Source: Eledone cirrhosa
Lineage: Eukaryota
Reading direction: 5' to 3'
Length of the DNA: 64,000 nucleotides
NCBI GenBank assembly: GCA_964016885.1
Contig: OZ024742.1
Coordinates: 223,014,001 to 223,078,000 of the forward strand
Position 1 is the stretch's first letter, and each line of letters starts with the position of its first letter. The notes under the pieces are model-generated. The model saw only the letters and a list, made by a program, of their open reading frames with translations. It was not told the DNA's origin and searched no databases. Made by a program: the position numbers and the translations under genes. Positions 13,054-26,100 of the stretch are shown piece after piece.

Positions 13054-14792
13054 GTAAGGTGTTTAGGTTGGCTAACGGGAAATCTTGCATCAGTTGGGCT
13101 TAGGCCAAACTGTTAAGGTCTTAGTTGTTGTTTAGGCTGTTGCGGTGATATTAAGGATCACAAAATTCAGTCCCGTTTTATTATTGATAGTCTCCAATTA
13201 AGTAGAGATAAAATACATGAATAATATCAGAAAGGTAAAAACACAGAAATTACTAAATTAGAGTTATATAATGTGTGCAAGAGAGGAATGTTAAAAGTAT
13301 TTAAAACACCGGGTGTTAAATAACAAGCAAGAACGATGGCGTAAAAATAAGAATCTGGTTTATTTTATTCAATATAAAGTTAACAACAACAAATTAGGCA
13401 AAGGAAATAATTCCAATAAAATAATGATGTGCGTGTTAGTTTTATTGTAAGTATTGATAGCTGCTGAGTTAAGTGATAGATACTTAGTAAAAGCTTGATC
13501 CTTTGTATTAGTGACACAATATTAGTGTGTTGACAGAATCTGTTATACAAGCATTATTGGCAGTTCATATCCCGCCGAGGTTAACTTTGCCTTTCATCCT
13601 TACGGGGTCGATAAAATAAAGCACCAGTAATACACTGGTTCGACTTAATCAACTTTCTCCTCCCCCCAAATTGCTGGCCTTGTGTCTATATAAGAAACCA
13701 TTATTCGCAGTACCGGTAGAGCGTCAGACACCATTAGAGTTACATACCTTTACGTTCTGTGTTCAAATCACGTTGGGGTTAGCTTTGCCAATCATTCTTA
13801 TGGGGTCGATAAATAAAGTACCAGTCACGCACTGGGGTCTATTTAATCGACTTTCCCCTTCGCCAAAATTGCTGGCCTTGTGCCTATAGTAGAAATCATT
13901 ATTGTAGGCAGGGAAAGAGTGGTGGATTGGCAGTTTTGGTAGAGTGTCAGACAAAATAATCTGTGATATTTAACAACTTTCTACGTTCTGAGTTCAAATT
14001 CAACCAAGGTCAATATTGCCTTTCATTCTTCCGAAGTCAATAAAATAAAGTTTCAGTAAAGTACTGAGGTTGATATAATCAACTTTCTCCTTCCCTCAAA
14101 TGACTTACCTTGTGCTATGTAAGAAAGAATTATTACAGGCTGGAAGGAACTTGCATATTATGATTCTAAGGAGCCTGGAATCTTGAAGGATATCTAAGAT
14201 AATTTAGGTTAGCTTTTGATTCTGTTATATTTTATAATTAGCTACCATATAACCAAAAGTTTCTGGGAAGATCTTTAAATGTTCATATGATATATCCAAT
14301 ATTTAATGTACAATGTGGTAGAGTAATGTGTATCCAACAAGATGGTGTAGCTTGAATTAGACATGGTTAAGAGAGACAGAGAGGGAGAATTTGTTGATGG
14401 ACGAAACAAATCCACTTCTTTAGTATGCCCTATAGTGGGTTGAGTCCATTTTATAATACTCCACAAGGCCTTGATCAAGCAGACCTATGATCCAAGGTAT
14501 TCCAACCATGACCATACTGTCCTATATTTCTAAGCATAATGTATATTATCTAATGTGTACTTTTTGAAAGATGGTAAGAGATAACTGAAGCAGTTGATTA
14601 CAGGAAGGCAATCCAGCTGTAAAACATAGCAAATATGAAGTTTATCACAGAGTCTGCAAGGCTAACCCCTGCTTCAAAAAGGGAAAATGACCTCAAAATA
14701 TTTCTTGTGTTTATTGTTTTATTGTTGATATGTAGTGAATTTCTTTGTGGTGTTGAAGGACACATCATTTGTATTTCTATGTTCATTTCTAG

Positions 14793-14857
14793 GTTTTGTA
14801 CGTAGCTGTCAACCCATAAGGCTCTATGCATCAAAACAGCACCAAAAATTGGCTCAT
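14793..14857 (+). CDS. BOLA1: BolA-like exon, putative mitochondrial presequence (FVRSCQPIRLYASKQHQKLAH)
   Basis: ttcatttctAG acceptor and GTAAGT donor; ends in phase 0, matching the next exon; basic peptide with no acidic residues. Confidence 0.65.
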
Positions 14858-15339
14858 GTAAGTAACAGGTTTTTATATTTTTATATAGAGACAATTCAAA
14901 ATGTTGAAAAAATTCCATTGATCCTTTTGATACTAACCTGACCAAAACCAGTTCTGGTTCTATGAAACAAAACCACCCATTTTAGATGGTTTCTATTTAA
15001 ATTAAAGTCTTCCAATATAATTTGATTAACAATTTCAGCAATTCCCTAAATTTTCTTCATTAATTAATTGAAATAGATTGTATTTCAAGGTTTGCTACCT
15101 TCCAAACCCTCTGTCGGGGTCTCAGGATATGCAATCTTTGTGCGTCCATCCTACGCCTCTCTGCTTCGATTTTTCATGCCTGCTTTTACCACAAGTGCAA
15201 GAAGGAGGACTTATTTCCAAGTCAAGCTTTGTAGGCCTCCTTCTTTGCTCGGATGGCATCTCGGGGTCATGTTCACAAGTGATAGAGGTTGGAGTGCAAA
15301 AGTTGCTGGAGTTGGTGCAGTAATATGCTAGCTTTAGCA

Positions 15340-15820
15340 TTTGGTAATCAGAAAAAGGGAGGTAGGTGTAAAAGCCAAACTCGCTATCTTCAATTCAGTA
15401 TTCATGCCAACCCTTACCTATACTTATGAATCATGGGTAATGATCAAAAAAATATAATTGCAAATATAAGCAGCCGAAATGGGGTTTCTCCAAAGGGTCT
15501 TTGGAGTAAGATTACTCGATTGAGTGTGTAGATCAGAGAGCAGCTACTTTAAATTGAGAGATCACAGCTCTGGTACTATGGGCATGTGGTTAGAATGTCT
15601 CAGGAAAGAATGGTGGGACATACTTTGTTAGCAAAACTAACTGGCAGGAGACATAGGAGTAGACCCTGAGCAAAATCGTTGGATAGCATTCATGAACTCA
15701 GCAGGTCCCGCTTGGGAATCCAACTGGATCAGTTGGAAATGGTTGCTTCTGACAGGAAGAAGTGTTTGAGGACTCTACCCCCAAGACCATCTCAGGAATA
15801 AGTGGGTGAAGAAGAAGAAG
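15340..15820 (+). mobile_element. RTE LINE 3' fragment (same family at 12730-12970 and 19760-20300)
   Basis: Homologous to the 9480-10150 RTE; ends in a (GAA)n tail. Confidence 0.7.
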
Positions 15821-16601
15821 GTGGTGGTGGTGGTGGTGGCAGCAGCCACTGCCGTTGTCGTTTCTTGGTTAGCATCAAGCAGAAGGCTTTGTGGCATTCA
15901 GTTCTAATTGATTTATTTTTCACTTTTCTTTATTCAAGTTACATGCTGTGTCTAGGGCATGACAACCTCTCCAGTGTTGGTAACACAATTACACACATCC
16001 AGTACACTCTGTAAAGTGTGGAAATGTAAGATGTGGCTCCCCAGTCCATCTTAGAGCTTAGTAACTCTAAGTACTGATTTGGTCTGTATCTACCTGTTCC
16101 TTGTTAACAGGGAAAACAGAAGTTAAATGCTGATGATTATTTTGTTTTAGCTATTGCGTGCTTTATAGAATCTAATATTTATTCTGTCTTTAACATATAC
16201 CAAATTTTTAATACAATTATTGTATAACGGTCTTACCACACACTTTATTTTTATATAACTTTTTTAGCAGTAGCACTAGCATAGCTTGCTTCATAGTAGA
16301 GGTGTATATGAAAGCATATACAATATGTTTATGTATAATATGTATATCATTATCATCATCATTCTGATGCTGATAAAACATATTTTTATGTATAAACATA
16401 AACATATTATATATGCCTTCATATACATCTCTATTATATAAATTGTCAATCTGCACAAATTGTTATACCCTACCTTGTTTGTTATTTGTAAGTATGTATA
16501 TATCTGTACGTATTTATGAGACTTTGTAGCTAATAAAGGAATTTCATCACCACCACCACTACTACTGTCTTAAGAATTATTTCTTATTCCTATTTCTTTA
16601 G

Positions 16602-16643
16602 GTTGAAAATAAAATCATAGAAAAATTGGAGAAATATTTCAAG
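16602..16643 (+). CDS. BOLA1: BolA-like exon (VENKIIEKLEKYFK)
   Basis: AG/GT flanks, 42 nt, phase 0/0; matches the first helix of BolA1 (VEAAIRTKLEEAL-like). Confidence 0.85.
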
Positions 16644-16851
16644 GTTTGTAAAACTATTTTTAAACTGCTTCCTTTCAGGATTTTCATCATCATTTTTACA
16701 TCTGTATTTTTACTACTTTATATAATATATAGTATAATATCTCAGCTTCTTTATATAATATAGTATAGTTTATATGTTGTTTGATATAATGTAATATAGT
16801 CACATTACTGCTTTATATAATATAGTCTAATATATCTTTGTTACCTTGCAG

Positions 16852-16903
16852 CCTCAACACCTGCAAGTTGTGAATGAAAGTTATATGCACAATGTACCTA
16901 AAG
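16852..16903 (+). CDS. BOLA1: BolA-like exon (PQHLQVVNESYMHNVPK+G)
   Basis: ttgcAG / GTAAAT flanks; conserved NES..H.VP motif; phase 0/1. Confidence 0.93.
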
Positions 16904-17567
16904 GTAAATATTCTCTCTCCCTTTGTCACCTTTTTCATCACTATTCTCTCCACACACATACTGTCTCTTATTAACTATATCATTACCATCATTGTTTTTA
17001 CATCGATTTTTCCATGCTGGCATGGGTTGGATGGGACATTTTGAGGCAGTGTTTTACAGCCAAATCCCCTTCCTGACACTAAGTATTTCTGTCAAGTGGT
17101 TGATGTAAGAAGGGAATCCAGCTGTAGAAACCATGCCAAGAATGTGTACTTTTTGAAAGATGGTAAGAGGTAACTGAAACAGAATAAGTATGAAGAGGTC
17201 TAGTCACAGACTGGCAGTCTATCCAATCCATGCCAGCAGTGGAAAGTGGACATAAAACGATTACACACACACATACTTACACATAATCGTGAGGTAGTGA
17301 GTTAGATTCCTGGACTGGGCAGTGCATTATGTTCTTCAGCAAGACACTTTATTTTACATTGTTTCAGTTCACTCAGCTCGAAATTATGAGTTGTGACATC
17401 ACTAGACAACATAGATGGTGTGGGAAGGTGAGATTGGTATAAATGGGCAACTGACTTTCCCAAAACATGCCATGCCCAGTCTTGTGCCTCAGATAGGAAT
17501 TTTCTAGGCGCAAAACCCATGGTCATTTGTGACTGAAGGGAGTCTTTGTATTTATATATGGAGGCCC

Positions 17568-17910
17568 ATGGCTTAGTGGTTAGAGCATTGGCCTTGCAAT
17601 CGAAAGGTTGTGAATTCAATTCTCAGACTGGGAGATGTGTTGTTTCCTTGAGCAAGACACTTTATTTCACATTGCTCCAGTTTACTCAGCTGTAGAAATG
17701 AGATGATAGGGACTGTGGTCCCTATCATTCCACTGCAAAGTGGTCGTGGAGGTGCCACGACAAAAAAGCACCCAGCACTCACTGTAAATGAGGTTGGTGT
17801 TAGGAAGGGCATCCAGCTATAGAAATCAAGCCAGAATCAGTTCCCGTCCCACCCTTGCAAGCAGGGAAAAGTGGACGTAAAATGAAATGATGATGATGAT
17901 ATGATGATAT
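17568..17910 (+). mobile_element. tRNA-derived SINE with RTE-type 3' tail
   Basis: Head tggcttagtggttagagcattgg (A box) and gaattcaattc (B-box-like); tail gcaagcagggaaaagtggacgtaaa + (GAT)n. Further copies near 3440, 17330 (minus strand) and 58555. Confidence 0.75.
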
Positions 17911-20573
17911 CTTTAAGGCGGCGAATTGGCAGAGTCGTTGAGACATCAGATGGAATGCTTTACAGTATTCGTCCTACCTCATTGCGCGCTCTGAGTTCAA
18001 ATCTCCGGGGTCAACTTTTCCTTTCATAATTTTGAGGTCGATAAAAAAGTACCAGTCCAGTACTGGGGTCGATTCTTCCTCTATAGAAAAAATTGGCTGT
18101 GTTCAGGCCTGAAGAGGGTTGGGCTCCACCAGGTTTAAAAGAGCCCTAGATACGCCGTATGACAGTGTCTCTACGATTCCACAAGGAGTTATGGGATCTT
18201 TATCCTATCCTATATATCTTTATAAGTGCCATTCCAGAACATACTGCAAGACACTTTGTCCAGTGTCACTAAACAACTATTCTGGTCTTGTACTTTACTT
18301 TCGCTACACCTGAAGGACGAGAAGCAAATTTGACCATGGTGGGATTTCAATTCAGATCATAAAGAGCTTGAACATTATATCCGGCACTCTACCGATTCTG
18401 CAAATTAACAATGATTATTATAACATCCTTATTAATGCATTGCTTCCGAATTATTTCCCTTTACAAAATTTGTTAACTCCCTTTGATATATCATAACTAT
18501 AATAAAGGGAGGAGTGCGGGACTGCGTCCGGAATATATTTTTTTATCCCGTTAGTAAAATAAGTTAGATTACTTTGAATAAATAATGAATGAATGTTACA
18601 TAATTTATCTACTAAATTTCGTAGTTGTTGATTAAACATAAATATTCTTATATATAATGATTGCTTATTTTAAGATTCACTTTTTTTATTATTTTCAAAT
18701 GTCTACACTTCTGGTTAACGTTCGTTATATCATAACACTTATTACATCACTTATGTAAACATCCATATATTTGCATCGTTACATTTCACCGTAATGCAGT
18801 TTATATATAATATCGTCTTTTTTAAATGTATCATGGATTACTTTAATGATTACAGAAGAGGGTGTAACACAGTCTCTCTTCAATTTCTGTGCATATTGTC
18901 AATTACGATTTTATTGGACAGATATCTACATGCATATGTATTTGCATATACTATAAATATGCACATTACACATTGTAGCAGAAAACCGCCCGAAGGGTGG
19001 TTTTTCTGCTAGTTTTGTTAATAGTCCTGCATCTTATGCTGGTGGAAAATATTAAAAAACAAATAAAAAGACTCTTAACGTCTTGTTCTGTAGGAAACTG
19101 CATCACTTATTATAGGATTAAAAAAACTCTAACTGCTTCTTTTATCATTCTCTTCTCGAATTTTCTTAAACTTTATAGACTTTTATATAAGGGTTTAGAA
19201 CATACACTTTTTTAAAATATCAGGTTGGCGGGGAACAATTAACCACTATTATCAGCATTCATTGTAAAATTTCAATCAATATTATTGCTAAATAAATTGC
19301 ATTCTTTAAAAAAAGAGAAATTGCTTTACACAAACTAGTTTTCTGTAGGCCATTATGCTTGATCTAGCCTTTTTAACATACTTCACTGCTTAGTTATTTA
19401 TGTGTTTAATCTATTTTTGTCTGTTTCTGTCACTATATTTAACTCTGCATCTGATAATGATTACACAGAAAATGTATAAAAACAGATTTGTCAATTCAAA
19501 TGTTTATGGTATCTTTACTAGAGGACAGATTGTTTTGATGATTTGCAGTATTAACGTGAATCCTATTCATAATCTTCATGAACAGGATTGACATATGCAC
19601 CAAGTTAAAAGTGGTATCAAAGCTGGTGGATATAGAATTACTCAAGCTGGTATTTGCAGAGGACATGGTATTACTTGACTCATGGGGAGGTGATCTCTGA
19701 CATGCAGTGAATAGGTTTGCTGCCAAGTGGTGCAAAGACTGACACACTTGTCCTCACTGAAGCATGTGAGGAAGTTCAAGTATCTTGGGGTAATTTTCAC
19801 AAGTGATAGAAGGAAAGAGGCTGAATTAAATGCAAGAATTACTGTAGCTGGTGCAATAATGCAGAAAAGGGGAGATAAATGTAAAAGCTAAAGCCGCTAT
19901 TTTCGATTTAGTATTCATGCCTACCCTTATAGCCATGAATTTTGGGTAATGACTGAAAGAATACAAGCGAGTGAAATGGAATTCCTCCAAAGGTCTTTGG
20001 AGTAATATCACTTGATAGCATGCATGACTTGGAGATCAGGGAATCACTCCAGGTAGAGCCACCACTTCTCCACATTGAAAGATCATAGCTCCAGTACTGT
20101 TGACATTATGGTTAGAGTGTCTAAAAAAAGAATCACTAGACAGATTTTAAGGGAAAAAACCAAAAGGCAGGAGACCCAGAAGTAGACCACAAGCAAGATG
20201 GTTGAATAACATTCATGAGCTTGGTTGGTCACACTTGGGGATACATCTGAATCATTTGGAGACAGTTACTTCTGATAGGACTGGCTGGAACAACCCTCTC
20301 AGAAATAAGTGAATGATGTACAGGACGTTAAGTGTTAAACATTTGCATCCTTCTCATTCTGAGGTCAACATTACTTTTCATTTTTACGTTTGTTGAAATA
20401 AGTACTAGTCAGGTACTAGGGTGGGGCGGCGTGGTAGTATGGGAGACTCTTCCCTTTCCCATAAATGTAATGCGTAGTGTTTATGATAAACTCAGTAGAT
20501 TTCTTTTTTTATTCTGGATTTGAAAATGCATATATATTTAATTTTTCTTTTGTTATTTCTTTTAAATTTTCAG

Positions 20574-20638
20574 GCTCAGAAACTCATTTCAAAGTTATAG
20601 TTGTGTCACATGACTTTGATGGTGTCAGTCTAGTTCAG
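20574..20638 (+). CDS. BOLA1: BolA-like exon (GSETHFKVIVVSHDFDGVSLVQ)
   Basis: tttcAG / GTCAGT flanks; BolA1 hallmark GSETHF.V.VVS..F.G; phase 1/0. Confidence 0.95.
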
Positions 20639-21009
20639 GTCAGTTAGTTTTAAATATAGCAATTTTTCAAACACACACACATTATATATTATTATTATTG
20701 TGTTTTTCCTCTTCCTTCATTTTTGTTACCATTTCTTGCCGAGTGCCTTCTCGACACATAAGGCAGAGAAACTTACTGCATACATTGATAAGCTACACAA
20801 ATAAACATGCCAGATTGGACATGCCATGTACTTTACACAGCTACAAGTATATCATTTGCTTTATACATGTGCATATTATCTTTTTAAAATCATATTTACA
20901 ACAGAATGATATTCAATCATATAAGAGTGCTCAGTTATTTATAACTCACATAATTAGGGAATATAATCAAATAAAGTTATGTAAAAAATTTTACATAGGT
21001 GATTATCAT

Positions 21010-21255
21010 TTTTACAGCGATAGTGCTCTTCTCAATACATTTCCTGTACTAGTTAAAACAATTGTTTGCACTTCCTGCAGTGATTGTAAACCAGGAATCA
21101 TTCTGAAATAATTTTCTGTTCTTTTTTTATCATTCCTAGTGCTCCTACAATCACTGGTATTGTAACCACCTTGAGATACCACATTTTTTTCAATTTTAAT
21201 GAGCAAATCTTTATATTTTCTATTATTATTAATTGTGCCAACTGTAGAAACAATT
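21010..21255 (-). mobile_element. R4/NeSL-like RLE retrotransposon C-terminal remnant
   Basis: KYKDLLIKIEK...(VIPVIVGALGMIKK, frameshifted)...IPGLQSLQEVQTIVLTSTGNVLRRALSL. Confidence 0.6.
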
Positions 21256-21500
21256 ATTATTATCATTATGGATTGGCAGTATCGATAGAGCATCGGACAT
21301 CATGCTTCGTGGCATAGAGTTACGCCCCTTTATGTTCTGAGTTCAAATTACTCCGAGGTTAGCTTTGCCTTTCATCCTTACAGGGTCGATAAATAAAGCA
21401 CCAGTAACGCACTGGGGTCGATTTAATCGACTTTCCCCTCCCCTTCAAATTACTGGCCTTGTGCCTAAAAGAGAAACAATTATTATTATTATTATACAAT

Positions 21501-21693
21501 GGGCGGTGGATTGGCAGTATCGGTAGAGGGTCGGGCGCCATGCTTTGAAGCATAGAGTTACCTCCCTGTATGATCTGAGTTCAAATCCCGTCGAGGTTAA
21601 CTTTGCCTTTCATCCTTACGTGGTCGATAAAATAAAGTACCAGTAATGCACTGGGTAATTGCTGACCTTGTGCCAAAAGCAGAAACAATTATT
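21501..21693 (+). mobile_element. Abundant tRNA-derived SINE (representative copy)
   Basis: A box tggcagtatcgg, B box gagttcaaatccc, core gaggttaactttgcctttcatccttacggggtcgataaaataaagtacc (resembles the Nin/Deu-type SINE domain from memory), (ATT)n tail. Other copies near 11130-11320, 13570-14130, 21270-21490, 23075-23255, 29570-29735, 34870-35085 and 59160-59560. Confidence 0.85.
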
Positions 21694-22528
21694 ATACAAA
21701 ATCCTACTGAGGTCAACTATGCCTTTCATCCTTTGGGAGTTGGTAAAATAAAGTACCAGTTAAATATAATCGACTTTCCTCTTCTTCCAAATTACTGGCC
21801 TTGTGACAGTGTTAGAAAGAATTATTATTATTCATATACATGACAATTCATTACACAACCTTATTGATGTTTCTCATCCATATCTTCGCGGGAAAGTGGT
21901 GAGGGAACAAAAAATTTATAATTACTGCAGGGGAGGTAACTCTAGGATTTGTTTGGGAAATGTGTAAATAGGGTCTAGAATTGTATTTGAGTGTGTAGAG
22001 AAGGTGAAAATAAGGTAACAGGGGATTATGTAGGTGGTGTACTCGTGGTGAGAGAAAATGTATGTCAAACTGTTATTGAGTATAGATGGATAATTATAAA
22101 GTGCAAAGTTTGAAAGAAAACAGTGTGAGAATATTGTAATAGTTTGTGAGTGACTGTAAGCATGTAGGCTATTTTTAAGGTGGATTTTCTATACCTAAAT
22201 GTGTAGGCTATATATGAGAGGCTTAATGTTTTCAGCGTGGAAGATGGACGTTAAATGAAGATGATGATGATGATGAAGAGAGCAAGTATTTTTTGAAATG
22301 CAAACAGCCCTTGAAATCTAATTTTTAGAGTTGAGTTGGAAGATTTTAAGCCCTCGACTCTTCTGATTTTTTCACAAAGCCAGTGGTAAATGCTGTGACG
22401 AGAAATGAAAAGATAGTGACTGGGTCACATGTTGAGGAAGGTTGAAAGTGTCTGAGTAAGCAGAGTGATGGAAAGGAATGTGGAAATAAGTAGTGTACAT
22501 ATACATACATATATATATATACACAGGC

Positions 22529-22567
<39 letters not shown>

Positions 22568-22621
22568 TATATATATACACACACATGCACACATATACTC
22601 ATATGGTTTGTCTGCTTACAG

Positions 22622-22690
22622 AGACATCGGAAAGTGAATAAGTGTTTGTCAGAAGAACTACAAAGTGGTGTTCATGCTCTCTCTATAAAT
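22622..22690 (+). CDS. BOLA1: BolA-like exon (RHRKVNKCLSEELQSGVHALSIN)
   Basis: ttacAG / GTAAGT flanks; conserved RHR.V...L.EEL...VHAL.I. Confidence 0.95.
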
Positions 22691-23539
22691 GTAAGTAGAT
22701 TATTTCACTGTTTTATTACTGGCAACTTGGAACGTATTTCTGTTTTAGATAATATCACACTAGAGCTTTCCAAAATGGGTATCACAACACTTAAGTGCAG
22801 GAATCCTTAAACTGAATGAAAAAAAATTATAGCTTACACCTATAGAGGTTTAGTTGGTCTCCTACAAGGCTGTATCTCAAAGGAGGTTTCTTGAGTGTCT
22901 TTATATTAGGGGCCTCAGTCCTATTGTATTGTGTTGTTATAGCTCTCACACATGAAGGTTTATTTGGCCTCCTATGAAGTTGTACCTACAGTAAAGCCAG
23001 AGTAGTATAAGGTAGTGAAATTACTCCTCTCTCTTTATGTGTTGTAACAGAATCGCAGAAATTTATATATAGATAATTGTTTCTACTATTGGCACAAGGC
23101 CAGCAATTATCCCAGTGTATTACTGGTACTTTATTTTATCGACCCCGTAAGGATGAAAGGCAAAGTTAAGCTCGGCGGGATTTGAACTCAGACCATAAAG
23201 GGCCGTCACTCTGCAAAGCATGGCGTCCGACCCTCTACTGATACTGCCAATCCACAATACAAGATGGACTGTACCTGTAATTTAAAAAAAAAACGGCTTT
23301 GTTATACACTGTGTCATGCTGAATCTTCCTGAGAATTAAATTACATTAAGGGTACACATGTCTGGAATGTTCAACCACTTACACATTAATTTAACAAGCA
23401 GACTTTCCTATTGAAACCGTCAGTATCAAACTTGATAGATCCTTTTATCCCATTCCAATCTGTGATACTGTTTCTATATTATTTTCTGTTCTGTTCAAAT
23501 AACATATCTCTTTTTTTTTTTCTCTATTTTCAATCTTAG

Positions 23540-23626
23540 GCTCATACTTCTGAAGAATGGCTTAGAAATAATGAAACATTTAACAGATCTCCACCTTGTA
23601 TGGGGGGTGATGGGGGTCGCAGATAA
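23540..23626 (+). CDS. BOLA1: BolA-like last exon (AHTSEEWLRNNETFNRSPPCMGGDGGRR*)
   Basis: Polypyrimidine tract plus AG acceptor; BolA1-type SPPCxGG motif; TAA at 23624-23626. Confidence 0.95.
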   Translation, partial: AHTSEEWLRNNETFNRSPPCMGGDGGRR

Positions 23627-23652
23627 CAATTTCTTGTACAATGCTGAACCTC

Positions 23653-23658
23653 AATAAA
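23653..23658 (+). promoter_or_regulatory. Polyadenylation signal of the BolA-like gene
   Basis: AATAAA 26 nt after the stop, followed by a GT/T-rich tract. Confidence 0.6.
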
Positions 23659-24989
23659 TGTTAAGACTTTGTTGTAAATATTAACTGGTTTAAATATCCC
23701 TGTTATAAGATATACCTAAAAGGGTTGGTGTCAGGAAGGGCATTCAGTTATAAAATATTTTCCCAAAAGATCCTGTCCAACCCATGCCAGCATGGAATAG
23801 TCGACATGAAGATGATCATCATCATTGTCATTATACATGTAGGTACACAGAAAACATGTATTAAGTGTATGGTGGTACCTGCAAGGCTAGCCCCTGTTTT
23901 AGCAGGGATAATGGTCTTAAAACACTTGTGTTGATTAATACATCCTGTACCACATAAAACCACATTAGCAAAACATTCTTAAAAAGTACAAAACAGCACT
24001 ATGACTGCAAAACATTTAAAATGTAAGTCCTTACATTAGTTTACTTCAAATTTTCACAACAGTCTGTCAACTTGGAGTCTATCATGAGCTCAAAGAGTCA
24101 CTCCTGTTTTAGCTTGGATAATTACCTTAAAGCAATTGTTGTTTAACAATAGACTTAGTTTCTTCAATGTAAACTGGAATCTATTTATATTTTAATCAAT
24201 GGTTCTATGAAATAGTTTGATGTGATCTGAATAACATTCTCAAAGCTCATCACTATCATTATCATTATTATTATTTAATATTTGTTTTCCCTTGTTAGGA
24301 TGGATTGGACAGGTCTTCACAGTCCAAGTCAGTACTAATTTGGAGCTATTGACCTCTCAGATCGGCTTGGGGTTACATCTCGCTTACATACATTCGTAGA
24401 CTCTATAGAGTGTACTGGGTGCATTTTATTATGGCAACAGCACTAGATCATTTGACTGCCAAGTTTTCTACAACAGGATGCCCTTCCTATCACTAACTGC
24501 TTTACAGAGTATACTGGGTGTTTGTCATGTCACCAACACTTTGATGAGTCTTCTTGGTCCATTTTTGGCATGGTTTCTACAGTTGGGAGATTTTCTTATC
24601 ACCAACCACCTTACAGGTTAGCACCAGCACTAGAAAAGTTGTCATAAATAAATATATATAAATTTAAGAAGGGAAAAATATTTATTGATCTTTAAATAAT
24701 TCTTATTTCATATTCAGCAATTGTGAAATAAAAAAAAGAAGTAAAATTGTCTTGCTGTATTGATGAGATAATCTGGAAATATGTGATATCTTCATATGAG
24801 TTACCTGGGACTGTGATATCAAAGGTATAGACCACATAATAATATATAAGGTACAAATCACATGGAAGTATGTGATATTACTAATATAATGTAATATCCA
24901 CATGTGATATCACTCATACACAACTGAGGTGTCTGATATTTTAATAAAAATATTAAAACGTTGGTATTTGCAGTTATCTTGTTTTCTTT

Positions 24990-25760
24990 GTTATAATAAT
25001 AATAACAATAATGAAAATATTGTGTACAGTGCTCAGGTGCACTACAACTCATCAAAGGTGCATGTATAGTACATAGAATAATGTACAAATGTCAGGAAAA
25101 TGAACAGTGTATGAGTCATGATATAATAATAATAACAATAATGAAATATTGTGTACAGTGCCCAGGTGCACTACAACTCATCAAAAAAGTGCATGTACAG
25201 TACATAGGGCAATGCACAAACATCAGTAAAATGAACAGTGCACGAGTCATGATATACACGTGTGCATGTGTATGGAAGGGGTACATCAGGTGTAGTTTTG
25301 GCGTATTTCGGGAAGCATGAGTGTCTTAAAGGATGCAGTGTCTCGGCAGCCAACAACTGACGCAGGCAGTTTGTTCCATGCTTCAGCAACTCTGAGCGTG
25401 AAAAAATGTCTACGAAAGTCATGGGAGCTGTGCTGTTTTCTGATCTTGTAGGCATGTCCACGTGTGTTAGACACATGGAGATCAAAGAGGCGCTCAGGGT
25501 TGTTGTTGGCAAGATGGTTAAAAACTTTGTGGGTATTCACCAAGTCCATTGCCAGACGTCGGAGCTTCAATGAATCCATGTCCAGGGAAGCAAGGCGTTC
25601 AGAGTATGGTAGGTGTCTGATGGAGGGTATGCGCTTGGTTGCACGTCTCTAAACAGTTTCCAGGAGGTCAATGTTCTGAGCAAGATAGGGGTTCCAGGCT
25701 GATGATGCGAATTCCAGGTGTGGTCGTACCATAGCTGTATACAGTTTTAAATAGATGGCT
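24990..25760 (-). mobile_element. CR1 LINE 3' fragment with duplicated tail
   Basis: LYTAMVRPHLEFASSAWNPY...RGHAYKI...RRHFFTLRVAEAWNKLP; (ATT)n tail; the 3' UTR is tandemly repeated. Confidence 0.88.
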
Positions 25761-26100
25761 GTAACTCCAAGGTTCCTCCTCCCTCCCTTCCTGACTCTGT
25801 TATTTGCACTGAAGAAATCTCTGAGGCTAGGAAAATCTGAGAGTTCCCTCTGCCCCCATTCTGTTTTCGGAAAAGAATGCAGTTGCAAGCATGTCAGAGG
25901 TCAGATTAGTTGAAAACGCACGAAAAAGCATAGGAAAAAAATTGCTTCATGATTCCCAATGGGTGCTTTTCTATAAATTGAAATGGCTGAGAATTGCTTA
26001 TCTGTAACTCCAATGCCCCCCCCCCCCTCATTCCCTGCCTCTAACTAAGTTTTAGTTAGAGAGAGGGGGGAGGTAGTGTTTTACTCTCTATATATAGATA

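Noticed and set aside
17568-17640. tRNA gene
   Set aside because: It has A/B boxes but no complete cloverleaf, and it continues into a SINE body and tail.
18976-19016. Rho-independent terminator
   Set aside because: It lies in a spliceosomal intron of an animal gene, with no bacterial ORF upstream.
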